The notes beneath the pieces were generated by a model that saw only the letters and a program-made list of their open reading frames with translations, was not told the origin of the DNA and searched no databases. A DNA stretch of 64,000 bases from Candidatus Latescibacterota bacterium (lineage in GTDB: Bacteria > Latescibacterota > UBA2968 > GCA-2709665). Of the stretch, positions 57,711 to 64,000 are shown piece by piece. Location of the stretch: contig OZ252100.1 in the NCBI GenBank assembly GCA_965248435.1, forward strand, positions 3,968,001 through 4,032,000, given 5' to 3'. Both the position numbers and the translations under genes were made by a program. How positions within the stretch are numbered: the first letter of the stretch is position 1; the number at the start of each line of letters is the position of its first letter.

Positions 57711-59366
57711 CTAGAAATGGCTGTGACCGTGGCCGTGTCCGTGACCGTGGTGGTCGTGGCCCGCCGCCTCTTTCTCTTCTTCCTGGGGCTTCTCGGTGAT
57801 CAGCGCCTCGGTGGTCAACAGAAGGCCGGCGATGCTGCTGGCGTTTTCGATGGCCGTCCGAACGACCTTGGTCGGGTCTATTACGCCGGCCTTTTCCAGA
57901 TCTTCGTAGGTTTCGGTCTGAGCGTTGAAACCGAAGCTGCCGCTGTTCTCCAGCACCTCCTGTACGACCAGACTGCCTTCGATTCCGGCGTTGTTGGCGA
58001 TCTGCCGCAAAGGTTCTTCCAGGCTGCGCCTGATGATGTCGACCCCAGTCTTCTGATCGCTGCCGCGCAGCTGACTCCGGGCCTTGTCGAGGGCGCCAAT
58101 GCATCTCAGGAGGGCCACCCCTCCTCCCGGCACGATGCCCTCTTCAACGGCCGCGCGGGTCGCGTGCAGCGCATCCTCGACGCGGGCCTTCTTTTCCTTC
58201 ATTTCGGTCTCTGTCGCTGCCCCGACGTCGATCACGGCCACGCCGCCTGCCAGCTTGGCGAGCCGCTCCTGGAGTTTCTCACGGTCGTAGTCTGAGGTGG
58301 TTTCCTCAATCTGAAGCCGGATCTGGTTGACTCGCCCCTGGATGTCGCTCGCGGATCCGCCGCCTTCCACGATCGTGGTGTTGTCTTTATCGATGACAAT
58401 CCGCTTGGCGTGCCCCAAATCTTCGAGCTGAACATTTTCCAGTTTGATCCCCAGGTCTTCGCTCTGGACGCGGGCGCCGGTGAGGATCGCAATGTCTTCG
58501 AGCATCTCCTTGCGCCGGTCTCCGTAGCCCGGGGCTTTTACGGCGGCTATCTTGAGGGTCCCTCGCACTTTGTTGACGACGAATGTCGCCAACGCCTCAC
58601 CCTCCACGTCTTCAGCGATCACGAGCAGCGGTTTGCCTGTTTGAGCAACCTTCTCGAGGATCGGAAGCATATCCTTCATGTTGGAAAGTTTCGTTTCGTG
58701 GATCAATATAGAGACGTCTTCCAGGACCGCTTCCATGTTGTCGGGATCGGTTACAAAGTAAGGGGACAGATAACCCCGGTCGAACTGCATGCCTTCCACG
58801 ACGTCCAGGGTGGTCTCGATGCTTTTGGCTTCTTCTACGGTGATGGTTCCATCCTTGCCCACTCTTTCCATTGCATCTGCGATAATCTCGCCGATGCTGG
58901 GATCGTTGTTGGCCGAGATGGTCCCTATCTGAGAGATCTCTTTGCGCCCCTTCACTTCCCGGCTCAGCTTTTTCAGTTCACCCACAACGCCCAGCACGGC
59001 ATAGTCGATGCCCCGCTTGATGTCCATTGGACTGGCTCCGGCGGTCACGTTTTTGAGCCCTTCTCTGTAGATCGACTCTGCCAGGAGCGTTGCCGTCGTG
59101 GTTCCGTCACCTGCGACGTCAGAGGTCTTCGAGGCCACCTCCTTGACCATCTGGGCCCCCATGTTCTCATAGGGATCTTTCAACTCGATCTCCTTCGCCA
59201 CTGTGACGCCGTCTTTCGTGACGGTGGGGGATCCCCACTTCTTGCCCAGCACGACGTTACGACCCCGCGGTCCGAGCGTGGCTTTTACGGCCTTGCTGAG
59301 CAAGGTTACGCCGTCCAGAATCTTATCGCGCGCATCGACTCCATAGGCCAGCTGTTTTGCCGCCAT
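57711..59366 (-). CDS. groEL: Chaperonin GroEL with His-rich C-terminus
   Basis: [41 protein letters not shown]. Confidence 0.98.
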   Translation of the reverse strand: MAAKQLAYGVDARDKILDGVTLLSKAVKATLGPRGRNVVLGKKWGSPTVTKDGVTVAKEIELKDPYENMGAQMVKEVASKTSDVAGDGTTTATLLAESIYREGLKNVTAGASPMDIKRGIDYAVLGVVGELKKLSREVKGRKEISQIGTISANNDPSIGEIIADAMERVGKDGTITVEEAKSIETTLDVVEGMQFDRGYLSPYFVTDPDNMEAVLEDVSILIHETKLSNMKDMLPILEKVAQTGKPLLVIAEDVEGEALATFVVNKVRGTLKIAAVKAPGYGDRRKEMLEDIAILTGARVQSEDLGIKLENVQLEDLGHAKRIVIDKDNTTIVEGGGSASDIQGRVNQIRLQIEETTSDYDREKLQERLAKLAGGVAVIDVGAATETEMKEKKARVEDALHATRAAVEEGIVPGGGVALLRCIGALDKARSQLRGSDQKTGVDIIRRSLEEPLRQIANNAGIEGSLVVQEVLENSGSFGFNAQTETYEDLEKAGVIDPTKVVRTAIENASSIAGLLLTTEALITEKPQEEEKEAAGHDHHGHGHGHGHSHF

Positions 59367-59392
59367 TTTTCAATCCTCCTCTCGGTTTCCTC

Positions 59393-59680
59393 TTATTCCA
59401 GTATGCCCATGACATCGTCTTCGTGAACGATCGCGTATTCTTCTCCATCGATTTCCACTTCAGTGCCCGCATACTTTCCGATGAGGACACGGTTGCCGAC
59501 TTTCACACTCAGCGGGATCTGTTTGCTCCCGTCATTCGCTTTTCCCGGGCCGACGGCGATGACTTCGGCTTCCAAAGGTTTCTCTTTTGCCGTATCCGGA
59601 ATGATGATGCCGCCTCTTACCTGCTCTTCGACATCGATCCGTTTAAGCAGAATACGGTCCGCCAAAGGCCGGATCTTCAT
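59393..59680 (-). CDS. groES: Co-chaperonin GroES
   Basis: [28 protein letters not shown]; GGAGG RBS. Confidence 0.97.
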   Translation of the reverse strand: MKIRPLADRILLKRIDVEEQVRGGIIIPDTAKEKPLEAEVIAVGPGKANDGSKQIPLSVKVGNRVLIGKYAGTEVEIDGEEYAIVHEDDVMGILE

Positions 59681-59721
59681 AGACTTCCTCCAGAGAATGG
59701 GGTGTCGTCGGTCGGGGAATG

Positions 59722-59748
59722 TTAGCACTCTCACCTATAGAGTGCTAA
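59722..59748. promoter_or_regulatory. CIRCE element (HrcA operator)
   Basis: Exact TTAGCACTC-N9-GAGTGCTAA upstream of groES. Minus-strand promoter TTGCAG-N17-TATATT at 59786-59758. Confidence 0.96.
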
Positions 59749-59810
59749 AATCAGCCTAATATAAGCCCTTTTCCTGGGAGCTGCAAGGAGATTCTTCAAG
59801 ATTCGGGAGG

Positions 59811-60302
59811 TTACGAGGATCTCTTCTGTTCTCGAAGTCGGGACTGTTTTCGTGCTAACACCTGCTTGAGGTGTTCGATTTCCTTTTCCAGGAGATCCGG
59901 GTCCGAGGGCGCATCCTCCTCTTCCGGAGGCGGAGGTTTAGCAGTGGGCAACCCAGCCTCTTCCCAGTCATCATATCCGCCATCCATTGAGATCACGCGT
60001 TCGTAGCCCAGCTCCTTCAGAGATTCCCCAGCGAGGAGAGATCTAATGCCCCCGGCACAGTAGACGACGACCTCTCTGGACTTGTCGGGGATTTTGGACT
60101 CCGCCTGTTCCTCCAAGTGCCCGCGGGGGACATGAATCGCCCCATCCAGATGGCCGCGTTCCCACTCGTCGAGACCCCTCACATCGAGGAGTACAGGATC
60201 CTCACCTTTCTCGAGGTAATCGTGGACCTCGTGAATGGACATCTCCTTGACCGTCTGTCTGGCCTCTTTCAGCAGATCATCTCGGGATTTCATGTGTGCC
60301 AT
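59811..60302 (-). CDS. Rhodanese-domain protein
   Basis: LLDVR...EWERGHLDGAIHVP, YCAGGIRS, MDGGYDDW. Start at 60302 or 60293. Confidence 0.85.
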   Translation of the reverse strand: MAHMKSRDDLLKEARQTVKEMSIHEVHDYLEKGEDPVLLDVRGLDEWERGHLDGAIHVPRGHLEEQAESKIPDKSREVVVYCAGGIRSLLAGESLKELGYERVISMDGGYDDWEEAGLPTAKPPPPEEEDAPSDPDLLEKEIEHLKQVLARKQSRLREQKRSS

Positions 60303-60339
60303 CCTGTCAGGTGTTATGCCTTGAACCGTATCACACGCG

Positions 60340-63300
60340 TTATCCTCGTCCGTGACATTTCTTGTACTTCTTACCGCTACCACACGGGCAGGGGTCATTT
60401 CGACCCACCTTGGGCCCCTGCCTCTTTACCGGCGCACGCACCGGGGCGTCGCCTTCCGATGTGTTCGCGAACACCTCCCCCTGAGCCTGAGGTTCGGGAG
60501 CGCCGGCAAAACCCATGCCCATCGCGTCTTGATGGACCAGGGCCAACCGTTCGGGTCGCCGTCCCCTGCCCCTTATCGGCACCTCATCGATCGGAATTCG
60601 ATAGAGGGTCTTTACGGTCTCCCGGTTGATCTCGTCCAGAAGATCTACGAACATCTCGAACCCCTCACGTTTGTATTCTACGAGCGGGTCCTTCTGGCCG
60701 TAGCCCCTCAGCCCGATGCCCTCCTTGAGATCGTCCATCTCCCTCAAGTGCTCTTTCCACTTTTCATCGATGATTCCAAGGTAGACCATTCGCTCGATTT
60801 CTCTCAGCCGATCCTGACCGATCAGCGCTTCCCGTCGAAGATAGGTATCACTGATCCTATCCAGGATCTGATCGCGCAACCCCTCTCGCCTGAGCGAAGG
60901 AAGATCGTCCACCGGGATCTCGGGAACCTGCAGGAATATGTTCCGCAGATCTGCCGTGAGGCCCTCGAAGTTCCAGTCCTCGGGATGCCCCTCTTCAGGA
61001 ATATGGGCGTCAAAGACGGCGTCTATCGTGTCTTCCGTGATCTCCCGGATTTGATCCGAGATGTCTTTCTGTTCCAGGGCGTGTCGGCGCCGGTCATAAA
61101 CGACTTCCCGCTGTTGATTCATCACATCGTCGTACTCCAGCAAGTGCTTCCTGATCTCGAAGTTTCGATCCTCGACACGCTTCTGGGCGCGTTCGATAGA
61201 CTTTGTGACCATTCGGTGCTCGATGACCTCACCCTCTTCGGCGCCGAGTTTGTCCATAATCCGCGCGATCCGTTCTGATCCGAAAAGCCGCATCAGGTCG
61301 TCTTCAAGAGAGGTAAAGAACCTGGAGCTTCCCGGGTCCCCCTGCCTGCCGGATCGTCCGCGGAGCTGGCGATCGATTCGACGGGCCTCGTGCCGCTCGG
61401 TGCCGATGATGTGGAGCCCGCAAGGCACGTCAGCACGACAGTTGTATTCCTCCAAATGGGGACAGAGCGGTCGGGGATCCTGGGCATTGACGAGGAGGGC
61501 ACAGCAATGGCCTTCGGGTGCCTTTACGACGTCCGGACCCAGCTTTATATCTGTGCCCCGTCCTGCCATGTTGGTGGCGATCGTCACGGCTCCGGGTTGA
61601 CCGGCCTGTGTCACGACCTGCGCCTCCTGCTGATGATGTCTGGCGTTGAGCACTCGGTGTTTGATGCCCCTGCGGCCGAGCATTCGAGCGAGGAGTTCTG
61701 ACACTTCCACACTGATCGTTCCGACGAGTACGGGCAGCTGCTTTTCATTCAACCGGGCAACTTCGTCGATTATGGCGTTGTATTTCTCTCGTTTCGTCCG
61801 AAAGATCTGATCTTCGAAGTCGGGACGGCGCACGGGTTCGTTCGTAGGGATGACGATCACATCCAGCTGGTAGATCTGAAACAGCTCTGAGCTTTCGGTT
61901 TCCGCCGTACCGGTCATTCCGGCGAGTTTATGGTAGAGCCTGAAATAGTTCTGGAGGGTTATCGTCGCAACCGTCTGAGTGTCTCGTTCCACTCTGACGC
62001 GTTCCTTGGCTTCCAATGCCTGATGGAGGCCGTCTGAAAATCTCCTGCCCGGCTGTGGCCTACCCGTGAACTCGTCGACGATAATCACCCTGCCTTCAGC
62101 CACCATGTACTGCACGTCTTTCTCGTAAAGTGTGTAGGCTTTGAGGAGCTGCTGCACACTGTGGATGGCCTCGCTCCTTTTCGCGTAATTCTGATAGGCC
62201 TCGTCCTGTGCCTTCGCCTTTTCCTGATCGGAGAGGGCACTGTCTCCCTCGATGCGGAGGAGCAGGGCATCGAGGTCGGAGAGGACAAAATCGTCCGGAT
62301 TCTGACTGATCTCCGACCGACCCTTTTCGAGAAGATCCATCACGTGACTCTTCTCATCTATGCTGAAGAAGAGGTCCTCGTCGATTTCGCCGAGGCGCTT
62401 ATCTCGCATGTAGTCCGCCTCAACGCGATTGACCAGCTTTTTCATGCCCTCTTCCTGAATCAATTTCATGAAGCGCTTGTTCTTGGGCGCGCTCCTCTGG
62501 ACCTGGAGCAGCTTGATGCCGGCATCGTACTCTTCATCCTCATTCAAGAGGCGTTCGGCTTGACTCAGTATTTCGTTGCTCAGACGCGTTTGCAGCTTTA
62601 CCAGGCGTTCGACCATGGGTCTCATTTCGTCGAACCGCTGGGTATCCGCTTCAGGAACGGGGCCAGAGATGATGAGGGGTGTCCTTGCTTCATCGATCAA
62701 GATGCTGTCGGCCTCATCGATGATCGCAAAGTGATGCTCGCGCTGCATCAAGTCATCCGGGCGAACCGCCATGTTGTCATACAGATGATCGAAGCCGAAT
62801 TGGTCTTTGGTCCCGTAGATAATGTCCGCACTATAGGCTTCGCCGTGATCACACTCCTTGAGCCTGTAGCCTCCCTGGTCGTCCTCTTCGATCAGGTAGG
62901 CCTCAGACCCCAGCGCGCGGTCCTGTATGATCCCGATGGTCAAACCCAGGTAGAGGTAGAGGGGACCCTGCCACATGGCATCTCGTTTGGCGAGGTAGGA
63001 GTTGACCGTTACGAGATGCGCGGACCGACCGGTTAGACCGTTGAGGTAGAGGGGCATTCCCGCAGTAAGCGTCTTTCCCTCTCCCGTCGCCATTTCAGCG
63101 ATCTTACCCTGATGCAGGACGATCGCGCCGATAAGCTGTACATCGTAAGGGACCATATCCCACGTGATCTGCTCACCCGCGCGATCCCAGCTCCGGCCCT
63201 CTTTTGCCCACCGTCTGCACAGTTCCTTGAAGGTCGCGTAGGCCTCGGGCAGGATTTCGTTCAGGACGTCAGACTCGATTTCAAGAATCTCGGACTGCAG

Positions 63301-63567
63301 GTCGGCGATTTCGTCCAGGAGATCTTGCCGACTTTCCCCGCTCTGCAGCGATTCGAGCTCACTGGTGCGAGCCTGCAGTGTCTCTCGAACTTCCTTTGTG
63401 GCTTCCTGGAGGCGGTCGCGGAACTTCGCGGTCTGACCTCTTAACGCTTCATCAGAAAGGTCTTCATACGAGACACAGAAGCGATTGATTTCATCCACGA
63501 GCGGTTGAATCTGCTTTATGTCTCGACCGTGTTTGGTTCCGAAGATTTTAGTTACGAATTTAAGCAT
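60340..63567 (-). CDS. secA: Preprotein translocase ATPase SecA
   Basis: [69 protein letters not shown]. Confidence 0.97.
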   Translation of the reverse strand: MLKFVTKIFGTKHGRDIKQIQPLVDEINRFCVSYEDLSDEALRGQTAKFRDRLQEATKEVRETLQARTSELESLQSGESRQDLLDEIADLQSEILEIESDVLNEILPEAYATFKELCRRWAKEGRSWDRAGEQITWDMVPYDVQLIGAIVLHQGKIAEMATGEGKTLTAGMPLYLNGLTGRSAHLVTVNSYLAKRDAMWQGPLYLYLGLTIGIIQDRALGSEAYLIEEDDQGGYRLKECDHGEAYSADIIYGTKDQFGFDHLYDNMAVRPDDLMQREHHFAIIDEADSILIDEARTPLIISGPVPEADTQRFDEMRPMVERLVKLQTRLSNEILSQAERLLNEDEEYDAGIKLLQVQRSAPKNKRFMKLIQEEGMKKLVNRVEADYMRDKRLGEIDEDLFFSIDEKSHVMDLLEKGRSEISQNPDDFVLSDLDALLLRIEGDSALSDQEKAKAQDEAYQNYAKRSEAIHSVQQLLKAYTLYEKDVQYMVAEGRVIIVDEFTGRPQPGRRFSDGLHQALEAKERVRVERDTQTVATITLQNYFRLYHKLAGMTGTAETESSELFQIYQLDVIVIPTNEPVRRPDFEDQIFRTKREKYNAIIDEVARLNEKQLPVLVGTISVEVSELLARMLGRRGIKHRVLNARHHQQEAQVVTQAGQPGAVTIATNMAGRGTDIKLGPDVVKAPEGHCCALLVNAQDPRPLCPHLEEYNCRADVPCGLHIIGTERHEARRIDRQLRGRSGRQGDPGSSRFFTSLEDDLMRLFGSERIARIMDKLGAEEGEVIEHRMVTKSIERAQKRVEDRNFEIRKHLLEYDDVMNQQREVVYDRRRHALEQKDISDQIREITEDTIDAVFDAHIPEEGHPEDWNFEGLTADLRNIFLQVPEIPVDDLPSLRREGLRDQILDRISDTYLRREALIGQDRLREIERMVYLGIIDEKWKEHLREMDDLKEGIGLRGYGQKDPLVEYKREGFEMFVDLLDEINRETVKTLYRIPIDEVPIRGRGRRPERLALVHQDAMGMGFAGAPEPQAQGEVFANTSEGDAPVRAPVKRQGPKVGRNDPCPCGSGKKYKKCHGRG

Positions 63568-63614
63568 TGTGCATTTCCGTAGGTCTCGGTTGGGTGGTCA
63601 CGTGAAGACGGTTT

Positions 63615-64000
63615 TCAGCTGCCGTAGGAGAGCCTTTCTGCGAGGAAATCGGGCAGAAGCGCCTTGCGAATTTTGGCCTGTGCAGCGGCCACATCATATG
63701 CCACGCGACAGAGCTCGAGCTCAGAGGCTTCCTGATCCCACACTACGAAGGCTGCACGGGCATCTCCGTCCCTCGGCTGACCCACGCTGCCTACGTTGAC
63801 CAGGTAGCGTTCCGAGGGTTTGATCTTCAGCCGTCCTTCGTTCACAGTGGACTTACCATTCTTCTCGCGGAAGATAAAGGCCCTGTGGGTATGGCCAACA
63901 AACACGACGTCAGAGTCGGTGTAGGAAAGGCCCTCCCTCGCGTCCTCCGCCGTAGATATATAGTGCCAAGCATCGGGTTGGTAGGGGGAGGCGTGCACGA
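63615..64000 (-). CDS. Metallophosphoesterase (5' partial)
   Basis: VHASP, FVGHTH, NVGSVGQPRDGD motifs; runs off the window edge. Confidence 0.85.
   Translation of the reverse strand, partial: VHASPYQPDAWHYISTAEDAREGLSYTDSDVVFVGHTHRAFIFREKNGKSTVNEGRLKIKPSERYLVNVGSVGQPRDGDARAAFVVWDQEASELELCRVAYDVAAAQAKIRKALLPDFLAERLSYGS

Overview
GC-rich bacterial DNA in two halves. Bases 1-43.5 kb are an accessory catabolic island: seven large polytopic membrane proteins of DUF6785/DUF6784 type (one partial at the left edge, six in tandem at 24.9-37.9 kb, one frameshifted), seven beta-propeller glycosidase-like proteins in tandem paralog groups, four Cys-type sulfatases, Asp-box (sialidase-like) proteins, a PhyH dioxygenase, a cytochrome P450 and a metallophosphoesterase. 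Bases 43.5-64 kb are mostly housekeeping: serA-like, short purH, MerR, sigma-70, two TorF-like porins with amtB, an ECF sigma/anti-sigma/HtrA-like operon, acs, queC, groES/EL with CIRCE, rhodanese and secA. The gene content resembles Latescibacterota/Poribacteria-type organisms (inference only). The strongest unexplained signal is in the intergenic DNA. One intact ISL3 element and two non-coding ISL3-ended elements (510 and 441 bp) have all inserted into the TTT..AAA centre of the same REP-like hairpin family. The two short elements carry a shared ~290-nt multi-stem structured sequence instead of a transposase, with a compensatory base change, G-U pairs favouring the + strand and a sequence-variable domain; this is a candidate undescribed mobile structured RNA. 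Two IS30 copies likewise both sit in an AATATC[C/G] heptamer repeat. Family names come from motif recognition, not database searches.
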